Positions 9,911 through 20,104 of a stretch of 64,000 bases of DNA are shown in pieces. This stretch comes from Candidatus Bathyarchaeia archaeon (lineage in GTDB: Archaea > Thermoproteota > Bathyarchaeia > Bathyarchaeales > Bathycorpusculaceae): contig JAVYWL010000001.1 of NCBI GenBank assembly GCA_038727135.1, positions 756,021 through 820,020 of the forward strand. The letters are read 5' to 3'. Under the pieces are notes generated by a model. It worked only from the letters and a program-made list of their open reading frames with translations, ran no database searches and was not told where the DNA came from. How positions within the stretch are numbered: the stretch's first letter is position 1; each line of letters begins with the position of its first letter. Both the position numbers and the translations under genes were made by a program.

Positions 9911-11062
9911 TTAGGCTGAAAGGATCTTCTCTTCTGCCGCTTTAACTCCGCTTCCAAGGCTAACATTGTATCCTAGGTGCTTCAGCGTTGTTTCTATTGC
10001 GGATACTGTGGCGGCTATGTCATTTTGGTTTACGTTTCCCATATGTCCCACCCGAAAGCCTCTCCCTTTTAACGGTCCAAGGGTTGCGGCAACAACAATT
10101 CCGCGGTTTTTCATTTCGCTTCTAAACTGGTTGTCATCTATACCATCTGGATAATAAACGGCCGTAACAGTATTCGCCTCGTATCCCTTTTCCGCAACGA
10201 TTTTAAGGCTTAAGGCGGTCATGGCGGCCCTAAACGCTTCAGCCAAAACGTGGTGCCTTCTAAAACGTTTTTCCAATCCCTCCTCAAGCACAAGCCTCAG
10301 AGCTTCATGCAATGCATAAATCATGTTCACTGGCGGAGTTGCAAAATACTTTGTCGGGTCCCTCATAACCGGAAGCCAGTTCTTAAAGCTTCCATACCAC
10401 GAGCCGACAGGCGTTTTGCGTCTTTCTAAGTATTGTAAGGCTTTTTGGCTGACAGCCACTAAAGCCAATCCGGGTGGAACGCCTATGCATTTCTGTGAGC
10501 CGGAGGCGCAAACGTCTATGCCCCAGTCGTCTACGCGGACTTCCATTCCTCCAAGGGAGCAAACAGTGTCAACTATGTAGAAGGCGTCGCTGTACTTACT
10601 CACAACTTCGCCTATTTCCTTTATTGGATTTGCCACTCCAGTTGATGTTTCCACATGAGTAACAGTAACAGCCTTAAACCCACCATCTTTTAGGGCTTCC
10701 CTAACTTGTTCAGGCTTTACAGCCATGCCATAAGGCACTTCTAAAACGTGGGAAGCCGCCCCATAAGCTTTGCATATATCAACAAAATACTGCCCGAAAT
10801 ACCCCGAAACAGTGTTGAGCACTTTGTCGCCGGGCTCCACAATGTTGGCTATCGCCATTTCTAGTGCTAGAGTTCCGGAACCAGCCACCACAAAAACTTC
10901 GCCTTCAGTCATGAAAACCCTCCTCAAATTGTTTAGGGCCTCCCTGAATATGGTTGCAAATTCTTGGCTTGTGTGCGACAATGGAGGCTTGCACATAGCA
11001 CGCAAAACTGACGGGGCAACGTTTGTCGGTCCGGGAATCATTAGAAGCTCCCTTTCGAACAT
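9911..11062 (-). CDS. Class V PLP aminotransferase (alanine-glyoxylate/serine-pyruvate type)
   Basis: MIPGPT, HVETSTG, VDTVCSLGG, GSQKC PLP lysine, RVGHMG. Confidence 0.92.
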   Translation of the reverse strand: MFERELLMIPGPTNVAPSVLRAMCKPPLSHTSQEFATIFREALNNLRRVFMTEGEVFVVAGSGTLALEMAIANIVEPGDKVLNTVSGYFGQYFVDICKAYGAASHVLEVPYGMAVKPEQVREALKDGGFKAVTVTHVETSTGVANPIKEIGEVVSKYSDAFYIVDTVCSLGGMEVRVDDWGIDVCASGSQKCIGVPPGLALVAVSQKALQYLERRKTPVGSWYGSFKNWLPVMRDPTKYFATPPVNMIYALHEALRLVLEEGLEKRFRRHHVLAEAFRAAMTALSLKIVAEKGYEANTVTAVYYPDGIDDNQFRSEMKNRGIVVAATLGPLKGRGFRVGHMGNVNQNDIAATVSAIETTLKHLGYNVSLGSGVKAAEEKILSA

Positions 11063-11159
11063 TTGCTTCTTCCCCTATTAGCCGTTGAATGTGAAATTTA
11101 GGTGCTCCAACCTTTATAAATGCTAAAGTCTCTAAACTCTGGAAAGGTGGCACACCATC

Positions 11160-12194
11160 ATGAGCGTAGAATTCATAGGCGAGATTCCAGCCGAAAAATA
11201 TTCAACCATAGGCTTGTCACGCGATGACTTTCTATGGTTTTTAAGGAAAATGTGTGAAATGCGAAAATTCGAGGAGCGTGTTGAAAGGCTGTTCTTTGAA
11301 GGACAGCTTATCGGTCCATGCCACCTATATCTTGGGCAAGAGGCGATTGCCGCCGGCATAGTCAAGGCTTTAGACAATGAAGACTTTATAATTTCCACTT
11401 ACCGGGGGCATGGGCACGCTATAGCCCGAGGCGTTCCCTTCGAGACTTTGATGGCTGAATTGTTTGGCAGGAGAACTGGCACTTGCAAAGGTCTGGGCGG
11501 TTCCATGCATTCTGCCACGAGCATAGAGCACAATATACTGCTTGCTTCGGCGATTGTTGGAGGAGGAATACCCATAGCCGTAGGCGTTGGATTAGCCCTA
11601 CAATACCAAAAGCGAAAACAGATTGTCGCTGTCTTTTTCGGCGACGGTGCCGTAAACACGGGCGCCTTCCACGAAGCCCTAAACTTGGCGGCTGTTTGGA
11701 AACTTCCAGTCTTGTTTGTTTGCGAAAACAACTTTTACGCCTTTTCAGTTCCTCATAAAAAGTCTTTCGCCGGAGAAAGCATAGCTGCTCGCGCCTCATG
11801 TTATGGAATGAAAGCCTATTTGGTGGATGGAAACGACGTATTAGCCGTTTACACAAGCGGAAAAGCCGCCGTAGCCCATCTCCGCAGCGGTGCTGGTCCA
11901 GCCTTCATCGAGTGTAGAACATATCGGAAAAAGGGGCACGGCGTCTATGATAAGGCTGAATACCGTCCCAAAGAAGAGGTTCAAGAGTGGATGAAAAAGG
12001 ATCCCATAGAAAGGTTTGCCAACAATCTCGTTCGGCTTGGCATCCTAACAAAAGAGGAGTTTGAAGCGTTAAACATGGAAATCGAAAGGGCGTTGGATGC
12101 TTGTGTGGAGAAGGCTAAGGCGGCGCCTTATCTCGATTTCAGCGAACTTTGGAATCTTGTTTACACTGAAGGAGGGGAGGCGCGTCATGGTTAG
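11160..12194 (+). CDS. 2-oxoacid (pyruvate/acetoin) dehydrogenase E1 alpha
   Basis: HLYLGQEA, YRGHGH, GGSMH, TPP motif GDGA...ENN. Confidence 0.92.
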   Translation: MSVEFIGEIPAEKYSTIGLSRDDFLWFLRKMCEMRKFEERVERLFFEGQLIGPCHLYLGQEAIAAGIVKALDNEDFIISTYRGHGHAIARGVPFETLMAELFGRRTGTCKGLGGSMHSATSIEHNILLASAIVGGGIPIAVGVGLALQYQKRKQIVAVFFGDGAVNTGAFHEALNLAAVWKLPVLFVCENNFYAFSVPHKKSFAGESIAARASCYGMKAYLVDGNDVLAVYTSGKAAVAHLRSGAGPAFIECRTYRKKGHGVYDKAEYRPKEEVQEWMKKDPIERFANNLVRLGILTKEEFEALNMEIERALDACVEKAKAAPYLDFSELWNLVYTEGGEARHG

Positions 12195-13164
12195 GGAGAT
12201 AAGCTACGCTGAAGCCCTAAATGAGGCACTGCGGGAGGAAATGGAACGAGACGACCGTGTAATAGTTTTCGGCGAAGACGTAGGCGTATTCGGAGGCGTC
12301 TACAAAGTCACAAAGGGATTGCTGGAAAAATTTGGACCGGAAAGGGTTAGGGATACACCCATATCAGAAGCCGCCATAGTTGGCGCAGCCATAGGCGCAG
12401 CCCTCGCCGGATTGAAACCAGTCGCCGAGATAATGTACATGGATTTTATAACGATAGCCATGGACCAGCTGGTAACTCATGCAGCGAAAATTAGGTTTAT
12501 GAGCGGCGGGCAAGTGAGCCTCTCAATGGTTGTCAGGACGCAGTACAGCCTTGGAAGGGTTCACGGCTGCCAACACAGCCAGTTTTTGGCTTCATGGTTT
12601 CTAAACGTCCCAGGGTTGAAGGTGGTGCTTCCCGGCACCCCTAAAGACGCTAAGGGCTTATTGAAATCTGCCATAAGAGGCGAAGACCCAGTCTTGTTTG
12701 TGGAGGCTGGAGTGCTCTACAGCTGGAAGGGTCCAGTGCCAGAAGAGGAATACCTAATTCCCATTGGGCAAGCCGAAATAAAGCGGAAGGGTTCAGACTT
12801 GACAATTGTGGCTTTCTCCAGAACCGTTAGAGAGGCGCTGGCAGCAGCGGATAGACTTGCAGTCGAAGGCATAGACGCCGAGGTTGTGGATTTAATGACG
12901 CTAAACCCGTTAGACGTGAAAACCTTAGTGGACTCCGTCAAGAAGACGAATAGGCTATTGGTGGCGGATGACAGCACAAAAACCGGGGGAATTTCAGCCG
13001 AAATCATAAGCCGCATAGTAGAAGAAGCCTTTGACTATTTAGACGCTCCACCAGTACGGGTGAGCTCGCCAGACCTTCCAGTGCCTTTCGCTCAACCATT
13101 GGAAAACCAGTATTTGGTTAGTGCTGACAAAATATGTGAGGCGGCAAGGAGGATAGTGCACTAA
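12187..13164 (+). CDS. 2-oxoacid dehydrogenase E1 beta
   Basis: GEDVG, DTPISEAAIVG, QHSQ; ATG at 12187 overlaps the E1 alpha end. Confidence 0.92.
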   Translation: MVREISYAEALNEALREEMERDDRVIVFGEDVGVFGGVYKVTKGLLEKFGPERVRDTPISEAAIVGAAIGAALAGLKPVAEIMYMDFITIAMDQLVTHAAKIRFMSGGQVSLSMVVRTQYSLGRVHGCQHSQFLASWFLNVPGLKVVLPGTPKDAKGLLKSAIRGEDPVLFVEAGVLYSWKGPVPEEEYLIPIGQAEIKRKGSDLTIVAFSRTVREALAAADRLAVEGIDAEVVDLMTLNPLDVKTLVDSVKKTNRLLVADDSTKTGGISAEIISRIVEEAFDYLDAPPVRVSSPDLPVPFAQPLENQYLVSADKICEAARRIVH

Positions 13165-14279
13165 TGCCCGTTATCGTTTTTCCAAGAGTAGACCCAGTAA
13201 TGACTGAAGGCATAATCGCCGAGTGGCTGAAACGAGAAGGCGACACTGTTCAAGTAGACGAAGTTATAGCCATAGCTGAAGGCGAAAAAACCACATTTGA
13301 GGTGCGCTCCCCCTACGCTGGAAGAATAACAAAAATACTGTGCAGGGCAGGCGAAGTCGTTAAGGTTGGTCAGCCCATATGCCAAGTTGAAGGTGTGGAG
13401 GAGAAAGCCCCAACTGTTGAAAAGGTAGAGAAGCCAGCACCCATCGAAGTGAAGGCTTCTCCATTAGCCAAAAAGCTGGCAACCCAGCTTGGCATACCCC
13501 TAGAAGAGATTAAGGGCACCGGTCCAGAGGGACGGATAACTAAGGAGGATGTTTTGCTTGCGGCTCGGGAGAGGGGCATAGCTGTTCCAGAGGCGGAAGC
13601 CAAAGCAGTTGAGCGCAGAGTTCCCTTCGCCGGAATTAGAAGAGCCATAGCCCAGAGGCTGAAGGCTGGTTTCCATGAAGCTTTGCCCGTTGCCCTAACA
13701 ACAAGGTTTGCCGCAGACAAGCTCGTCAAGCATAGGACGGAGACCGGCGGCTCTTTTACGGCTTATGCTGTTAAGGCTACTGCCTTAGCCCTTCAGAAAC
13801 ACAAAAACCTAAACGTGACATTGGAGGGCGAGGAACTCGTTTACCACGATGAGGTCAATATTGCCGTAGCTGTAGACACACCAAAAGGCTTAATGGCACC
13901 GGTCATAAGGAGCGCGGACAAGCTTTCCATCCAAGAACTAACACGGCGGATCAACGATTTTCAAGAAAAGGGCTTGCGGGGCGAAATAACCCTTGAGGAG
14001 CAGTCAAACCACAACTTCACAGTCACAAACCTTGGGGCACTAGGAATACAATATTTTACGCCAATAATTAATCCGCCGGACCCGGCGATACTGGCTGTTG
14101 GAAACATAGAAACCGAACCTTATATCACGGAGGATGGACGAGTAGAGCCGAGAAAGGTTGGCTACCTAACCCTAGTCTTTGACCATAGGGTTGTTGACGG
14201 TGCACCAGCGGCAAAGTTCCTCGCCACAATAAGAGAGTTTTTGGAAAATCCCGAAACCATGGAGGCAAGCCAAGCCTAA
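13164..14279 (+). CDS. Dihydrolipoamide acyltransferase E2
   Basis: Lipoyl domain (EGEKTTFEV), peripheral-subunit-binding domain (ASPLAKKLA...GTGPEGRITKEDV), catalytic DHRVVDG. Confidence 0.92.
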   Translation: MPVIVFPRVDPVMTEGIIAEWLKREGDTVQVDEVIAIAEGEKTTFEVRSPYAGRITKILCRAGEVVKVGQPICQVEGVEEKAPTVEKVEKPAPIEVKASPLAKKLATQLGIPLEEIKGTGPEGRITKEDVLLAARERGIAVPEAEAKAVERRVPFAGIRRAIAQRLKAGFHEALPVALTTRFAADKLVKHRTETGGSFTAYAVKATALALQKHKNLNVTLEGEELVYHDEVNIAVAVDTPKGLMAPVIRSADKLSIQELTRRINDFQEKGLRGEITLEEQSNHNFTVTNLGALGIQYFTPIINPPDPAILAVGNIETEPYITEDGRVEPRKVGYLTLVFDHRVVDGAPAAKFLATIREFLENPETMEASQA

Positions 14280-14800
14280 ACGTTTTTTATCCACTGCTTC
14301 TGCATTTCCACTATTTCGCCGCTGTCTTTTGCCTTCGCGTAGCTTTCAAGCCTCTCCCTGTTTAGCTCTATGAAGGTGTGTCCCCATTTAAATATGGACA
14401 AAAGCTTGAGGGCTTCTTGGCGGTATCCGGCTATGTAGAGGGCTGCGGCTAAGGCTTCAGCCGTGCTGAGCTTTGTTGGACAGCCAAAATTGACCGGGTT
14501 TCCAGCGATTAGGTATGGTAGGCAGCGTGATGTGCCCCTCACGCTTTTTAGTAAAGGTTTTTCTGCGTGTTCCCAGCTGAAGTCTAATGCCGCTAAACCA
14601 AAGTTTGTTATGCGTTCTCGGTCGGCTGGCGAGAAAGCCTTTTTCGAGTACGGGTTTAATACAACAGCCCTTCTTGGCAAATGTTTTATTTGGCGTACAA
14701 GCTGGACTAACCCGTGGCGTTTGAGTTTTAGAGCTGTACACTTTTTGGGGTCGCACTGCCCAGCATGATAAACGACTATTCTAACTGGTTTTTGCTGCAC
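14276..14800 (-). CDS. tsr3: 16S rRNA aminocarboxypropyltransferase Tsr3
   Basis: QCDPKKCTALKL, LPYLIAGNPVNFG, KLSTAEALAAAL, FKWGHTF. Confidence 0.93.
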   Translation of the reverse strand: MQQKPVRIVVYHAGQCDPKKCTALKLKRHGLVQLVRQIKHLPRRAVVLNPYSKKAFSPADRERITNFGLAALDFSWEHAEKPLLKSVRGTSRCLPYLIAGNPVNFGCPTKLSTAEALAAALYIAGYRQEALKLLSIFKWGHTFIELNRERLESYAKAKDSGEIVEMQKQWIKNV

Positions 14801-16334
14801 CAGCCCTCTGCACCTTTAAGTGGCTCATTGGATTGTCCAAAACCTTTGGAATCCAATCTAGAAGGTCTGATGCCACCATGTGGTAGCCCTTCTCCTCAAA
14901 GACAAAGTCTCCAGCAGCCCCATTCACAAAGGCACCGGCAACCGCCGCCTCAAATGGGTCTGCACCTTGAGCTAGGAAAGCGCCTACAATGCCCGAAAGC
15001 ACGTCTCCTGTTCCGCCAACCGTCATGCCGGGATTTCCTGTGAAATTGAGTTTGTAGTGTTTTTCGTCGGCTATGATGTCCACTGCGCCCTTTAGAAGCA
15101 GCACAACGTCCAGCTCGGCGGCTGTTTTCTGCACCTCTAAGGCTTTTTCTTTTAAGCTTTCCGGCAGCCCCTTTCCAGTTAGTATGGCATATTCTCCAGC
15201 ATGAGGCGTAAGCACTGCTGGCACATTTAGCTTTCTCTTAAATTCTGCAAAGGCTTTCAAGCCGTCAGCATCTAACAATAAAGGTTTGCCAGCCTCTTCC
15301 ACAGCCTCAATTAGGGCTTTAACTGCTGGTCTTGTTTCCGCATGGAGCCCCAATCCGGGACCGACGACGACGGCGTCCACTTTTTCCACAAATGTTTTTA
15401 GGGCTGGGATATTGCCCATGTTTAAGTGTTCCCCGTCAAGCTTTATCGTTATTAAGTCTGGTGTTAGGGCGGCAATGTCATGGGCTGTTTTGTGGGGTGC
15501 GGCGACATAAGCCAAATCAACGCCTGTTCTGAGGGCGGCAAGAGCCACCAAGGCTGGGGCACCAGAAAAGGTTTCGCTTCCGCCAACAACGAGTAGTCTG
15601 CCAAAATCGCCCTTGTGGGATTCTGGAGGGCGAGGTTTCACAACGAGGCCTACGTCGCCCGGTCCAGCATAGTTTTCAAATTCCTTTGGCAAGCCTATAT
15701 CCTTGACCAGCAGTTCGCCAACATAATCCTTGGCTTTCTCCAAGCCAGCCTTAGCCTTGTAAAAGGTTATCGTCAAATTTGCCTTTACAGCTATTCCCAG
15801 AACTTCTCCTGTGTCGGAGTCTATGCCCGTTGGCACGTCAACAGCCACCTTAAAGGCGTTTAACATGTTAATTTTTTCAACAAGCTGTTGTATTGGAGGC
15901 TTAAGCCTACCCTTCATGCCTGTTCCAAGCAGCGCATCAACAACCACGTCCGCCTCCACGCTTGGCACTAATGCGCTGTCAGAAACTTCATGGATGGTGA
16001 CGCTTTCCCTTAGGAATTGGAGAGCTTTCCAGTTTTCCAAAGCAGCCTTATGAGAAATTTCCTTCGCCTTCCCAGCTAAGATAACGGTCACCTTAAAACC
16101 CATGGCGGACAGATGCCTCGCTGCAACAAAACCATCCCCGCCATTACCGCCTAAACCACAGAAAATTACTACTTTCTTGTCCGGGGTGAATCTTCTGGCT
16201 ATTTCCTCAGCCACGTTTCGCCCAGCATTTTCCATAAGCTGAAGCTGAGAAACCCCAAAATATTCGGCGTTCAGTTCCAAAGCCCGCATTTCACGGCTTG
16301 TAATGCATCCGCCTGCAACACTTTCAATAGTCAT
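14781..16334 (-). CDS. nnr: Bifunctional NAD(P)H-hydrate epimerase/dehydratase
   Basis: LMENAG, GNGGDG, DALLGTG, SHKGDFG, TPHAGE, GGTGDVLSG. Confidence 0.95.
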   Translation of the reverse strand: MTIESVAGGCITSREMRALELNAEYFGVSQLQLMENAGRNVAEEIARRFTPDKKVVIFCGLGGNGGDGFVAARHLSAMGFKVTVILAGKAKEISHKAALENWKALQFLRESVTIHEVSDSALVPSVEADVVVDALLGTGMKGRLKPPIQQLVEKINMLNAFKVAVDVPTGIDSDTGEVLGIAVKANLTITFYKAKAGLEKAKDYVGELLVKDIGLPKEFENYAGPGDVGLVVKPRPPESHKGDFGRLLVVGGSETFSGAPALVALAALRTGVDLAYVAAPHKTAHDIAALTPDLITIKLDGEHLNMGNIPALKTFVEKVDAVVVGPGLGLHAETRPAVKALIEAVEEAGKPLLLDADGLKAFAEFKRKLNVPAVLTPHAGEYAILTGKGLPESLKEKALEVQKTAAELDVVLLLKGAVDIIADEKHYKLNFTGNPGMTVGGTGDVLSGIVGAFLAQGADPFEAAVAGAFVNGAAGDFVFEEKGYHMVASDLLDWIPKVLDNPMSHLKVQRAGAAKTS

Positions 16335-16410
16335 GCCTTAAACCTAACAGCTAATATTACGCGTTAAGGATAAGAACATTTTCAATTTTGAACAGTCTCC
16401 TAATTCAAAA

Positions 16411-17628
16411 CTAGTCTTTCTCTGTGAAAAATAGGGTGAGGTTTGATACTGTTGTTAGGGCAACTGCCGAGAGTAGCCCCCAAATTGTTCCGTACACTTG
16501 CACGAGTGGGGATAATATGAACAAGGCGAAGCTTTGCCCAACATGCGTCAAGGTGCTTAAACCGCTTAGAACGGTTGCCCGTACACTGCTAGGTATAAGT
16601 ATATTCCGCCAAAATTCAATTATGGGGTGGCGTGTGGCAATAAGGCTTTCTAACACTATGACTAACGCTATGGTGGCGGCTGGGTGGGCTAAAAATGTAA
16701 TTAGAAGACATGAACCAGTCCAAGCCCAAGACAAAATGACTACCGTTTTCCTACAGCCAAATTTTCTTGTTAAGTGGTATGCATAGGCTGTGGTGACCAC
16801 TGCTGGCAAGTGCGTGGCTGAGCATATCAAGCCAAAGAGGGCTTCTGGTATTCCCCTCTCGCCATAGACGGGCGTTAGCGTCTCCCAATATGAGTAGGCA
16901 CCAGCAATGAAGAAGGTTTGAGCTAGTCCTAAAAACAACATCGTTTTCTTTCCGAGAATCCATTTGGCTCCGTCCTTCAGCAGTTTGGTGTAGGGCTCCC
17001 TTTCACCTGCGCCCCAATTTTCCGGCATAAAAATCATCGCGAATACGAAGGCTGCCACGGCGATAATTCCAGCCGTTGGAATAATCCACCAATATCCAAC
17101 CATAAATGTGATGGTGCTCCCAACAATTCCAGCGGCAACATCCGCCACTAGGCTGAAGGATGTCCCCCGTCCAAAGACCTTGTCCAAATCTTCAAACTTT
17201 CCTATTTTCCCCAACTCGTCGGTTATCCAAGCTTCAAGGGAGCCGCTTTGAAGGGCAGCTCCAAAGCCAGCCAAGAAGGCGGCTAAAACCACAACAGCGG
17301 GGAAAGTATATGACGCTACAATCAAATAGTTGATTCCAATGAAAGCCAAGCCCAGAGCGTATGTGCGTTTTCTTCCAAAACGGTCTGCAAGACCACCGGT
17401 CGGATAGTCAAACAAGCCGAAAACAAGTGCAAAGACCGCCATATACAAGAAGCTGTAGCCCAGCCCAAGGCTTTGGAAAAGATAATAAGCCAAATAAGGA
17501 ATTTCAAAAGAGAATTCGCCTAAAGCCGAAACCATATAGTAAACAGTTACAACATGCAAACGCATGGATATAAAATACATTCCAGTCCATTTTAAAATGT
17601 TCGTAGCTTCCCTTTTCCGGTAACACAA
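16411..17628 (-). CDS. MFS transporter
   Basis: Motif A GGLADRFGRKR; about 12 hydrophobic segments; start uncertain. Confidence 0.85.
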   Translation of the reverse strand: MCYRKREATNILKWTGMYFISMRLHVVTVYYMVSALGEFSFEIPYLAYYLFQSLGLGYSFLYMAVFALVFGLFDYPTGGLADRFGRKRTYALGLAFIGINYLIVASYTFPAVVVLAAFLAGFGAALQSGSLEAWITDELGKIGKFEDLDKVFGRGTSFSLVADVAAGIVGSTITFMVGYWWIIPTAGIIAVAAFVFAMIFMPENWGAGEREPYTKLLKDGAKWILGKKTMLFLGLAQTFFIAGAYSYWETLTPVYGERGIPEALFGLICSATHLPAVVTTAYAYHLTRKFGCRKTVVILSWAWTGSCLLITFLAHPAATIALVIVLESLIATRHPIIEFWRNILIPSSVRATVLSGLSTLTHVGQSFALFILSPLVQVYGTIWGLLSAVALTTVSNLTLFFTEKD

Positions 17629-17674
17629 AATATTTTAATGGATTAAGGCTAGACAATAGTGTGAGGAGGTTTAA

Positions 17675-17917
17675 ATGCCTAAAGCCTTTGTATTAATCAA
17701 CACGGAGATAGGCTCAGAAGCAGATGTCCTAAAAGATTTGAAGAAGATTGAGGGTGTTGAGGAAGCCTTCGCCGTCTACGGCGTATACGACATAATTGCA
17801 AGAGTTAGCGCAGAATCAATGGACAAACTTAAGGAAATCGTTACCTGGCGCATCCGTAGGCTTGACAAGGTTAGGTCAACATTAACAATGATTGTGGTTG
17901 AGGAGTCGGCAAAATAG
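17675..17917 (+). CDS. Stand-alone Lrp/AsnC ligand-binding (RAM) domain protein
   Basis: AFVLIN, VYGVYDIIA, STLTMIV; upstream GAGGAGG. Confidence 0.9.
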   Translation: MPKAFVLINTEIGSEADVLKDLKKIEGVEEAFAVYGVYDIIARVSAESMDKLKEIVTWRIRRLDKVRSTLTMIVVEESAK

Positions 17918-18012
17918 CCTAGCCTCACTCTCTTTTATTTTCAAACATCAAAGTGTTTGCCAAAGCACACCATTTTTAAGTCTTCAGAAAGGTAATGCTG
18001 TTAGGCGTTTAG

Positions 18013-19353
18013 ATGGCTTTACAGCACATACACATAGGCTTTGATGACACGGACTCCCCGCGAAGGGGATGCACAACCTATATTGCGGCACTATTAGTGG
18101 AGAAACTGCAAAAGTTAGGCGTAGAATTCACAGATTATCCGAACCTTATTAGGCTAAACCCAAATGTTCCGTGGAAAACGAGGGGTAATGGGGCTTTATG
18201 CTTAAGAATAAAATGTGAAGAAAGCCTCGTCGACGTGGTTAAGGAAACAGTGATAGAAACTGTTGAGGAAAACTCCGACCTAGCCTACAAAGGAACAGAA
18301 CCCGGAATAGTCTTCTTCCCAAAAGCGAAAATTCCAAGGGAAGTTAAAGACTTTGCAAAAAACGCCATAACAGGCATTGTAAACATGAAAACGGCCCTAA
18401 AAATCCTAAAAAGGTTCAAAGCCGAAGCCATAGGCTTCAAAAGTGGGCGTGGAATAATTGGCGGTTTAGCCGCTGTGGGCGAAAACCTTGAAGGGGACCA
18501 CACTTTTGAGGTCATAGCCTACCGTGTCCCGGAGAACTATGGCTCGAAAAGAAGGATAGACGTGGCATCTGTTGTGGAAATGGATAGGGCAACAGCCCCC
18601 TACACCTTCAACAACGTTGACCCAGAAACTGGCAGAATCTTGATAACACCTCGGGGACCAGATCCAATACTCTTCGGTATAAGAGGAGAAACTCCCGAAA
18701 TTGTTAAGAAGGCTTTCGAGATGGTTAAGCCCCTTGAACCAGTGGAGCGGTGGGTCATATTCCGCACAAACCACGGCACAGACGCCCACCTAAAACGGGT
18801 CAAAAACTTAAGCGAGGTAAAACCCTACCACCCGGTCATAGCCCGGGGAACGGTGGCGTCAAATCCAAAAGTGGTTCCGAGAAGGCACGTTATTTTCCAG
18901 GTTAAGGATGACAGCACTTGCGTTGACTGCGCTGCATACGAGCCTACTGGCACATTGCGAAAAGTGGCAAGCAAACTCGTAGTCGGCGATTTTGTGGAGG
19001 TTTACGGCGGTGTTCGTCCACCATCTGAAGGGCGTCCATTAACAATAAACCTTGAAAAACTACGCTTGTTAAAGCTGGCGCCAAAAATCGTTTACCAGAA
19101 CCCAGCCTGCCCGCAGTGTGGTAAACGGCTAAAATCTATGGGAAGGGGCAAAGGCTTTAGGTGCGAAAAATGCGGCGCACGCTACGCGGAACTGGAGAAG
19201 GTTGCTGTCAAAGTTAAGCGTGAGGTGCTGAAGGGACTTTATATCACTTCGCCCCGTTCCCAGAGGCATCTAACAAAGCCTTTCATTCGTTATGGTATGG
19301 AAAAACGCCACACACCCATGGGCAACTTGATTGAAGGTTGGCACTTTCCATAG
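18013..19353 (+). CDS. tiaS: tRNA(Ile2) 2-agmatinylcytidine synthetase
   Basis: DDTDS..GCTTY, LIRLNPNVPWKTRGNGA, PRGPDPILFGIRG, OB fold, C-terminal zinc ribbon. Confidence 0.95.
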   Translation: MALQHIHIGFDDTDSPRRGCTTYIAALLVEKLQKLGVEFTDYPNLIRLNPNVPWKTRGNGALCLRIKCEESLVDVVKETVIETVEENSDLAYKGTEPGIVFFPKAKIPREVKDFAKNAITGIVNMKTALKILKRFKAEAIGFKSGRGIIGGLAAVGENLEGDHTFEVIAYRVPENYGSKRRIDVASVVEMDRATAPYTFNNVDPETGRILITPRGPDPILFGIRGETPEIVKKAFEMVKPLEPVERWVIFRTNHGTDAHLKRVKNLSEVKPYHPVIARGTVASNPKVVPRRHVIFQVKDDSTCVDCAAYEPTGTLRKVASKLVVGDFVEVYGGVRPPSEGRPLTINLEKLRLLKLAPKIVYQNPACPQCGKRLKSMGRGKGFRCEKCGARYAELEKVAVKVKREVLKGLYITSPRSQRHLTKPFIRYGMEKRHTPMGNLIEGWHFP

Positions 19354-19368
19354 GAACGCTTACCATCT

Positions 19369-19629
19369 TTAGCTTTCTTTAACCTTGAAGATTTCGCACA
19401 ACAACCTATAAAGCTCATCTCCGCCCTCAACCTTTGAGAAAAGCTCCTTTTCAGCCTTGAGTATGCGCCCCACAGCCTGATAAGTTTGCCTCCACTCCAA
19501 CTCCTTCCACATCAGCTTATAGTTTTTCAGCTCAATCCAAGCCCTAAAAATTAAAACGACAAACATGCCTAAAGTCAAAGCCAAGTTTAACAAGTATATT
19601 TCAAGCAATTCCAGCCCATCCACCTCCAA
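19369..19629 (-). CDS. Small hypothetical membrane protein
   Basis: 86-aa ORF with one N-terminal hydrophobic helix, fills an intergenic gap. Confidence 0.6.
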   Translation of the reverse strand: MEVDGLELLEIYLLNLALTLGMFVVLIFRAWIELKNYKLMWKELEWRQTYQAVGRILKAEKELFSKVEGGDELYRLLCEIFKVKES

Positions 19630-19707
19630 TCAACACTAAAATAGCGCTAAAAGGTTTATAAGGTGATAAAATTTAACAGTTGGCAAAGGTTTGGAGAATC
19701 CTTTCGA

Positions 19708-20022
19708 ATGAGCGAGGTTTTCCCCTCAATAATCTTCCAGCTTGGCGTCGGTGGGATAGGCGGCTTCATCTTGGGATTCGCCCTTAAAAAGTTGAGTAAG
19801 CTCATACTGCTTCTGATAGGACTTTTCATTATTGTGCTTCTTTATCTTGGCATGAAGGGAATCATACATGTAAGCATAAACTATGAGGCGTTACTAAAAG
19901 CGGTGAACGATTTTCTCGGATGGGCTGGCTCAGCCATTTCTTGGCTGGCTAATGTGGTGGCTTTACTGCCCTTCGCTGGAAGCTTTATTGCTGGTTTCCT
20001 TTTAGGCTTAAAACTTGGATAG
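19708..20022 (+). CDS. FUN14-family membrane protein
   Basis: QLGVGGIGGFILGFALKK and GSFIAGFLLG motifs. Confidence 0.8.
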   Translation: MSEVFPSIIFQLGVGGIGGFILGFALKKLSKLILLLIGLFIIVLLYLGMKGIIHVSINYEALLKAVNDFLGWAGSAISWLANVVALLPFAGSFIAGFLLGLKLG

Positions 20023-20104
20023 CAAAATAGTTTAAATGGAAGACTCCTCTTGTTAATCCATTAAAACACTCTTAGAATAAGAGAGTTTACAGAGGCGTTC
20101 GGAA

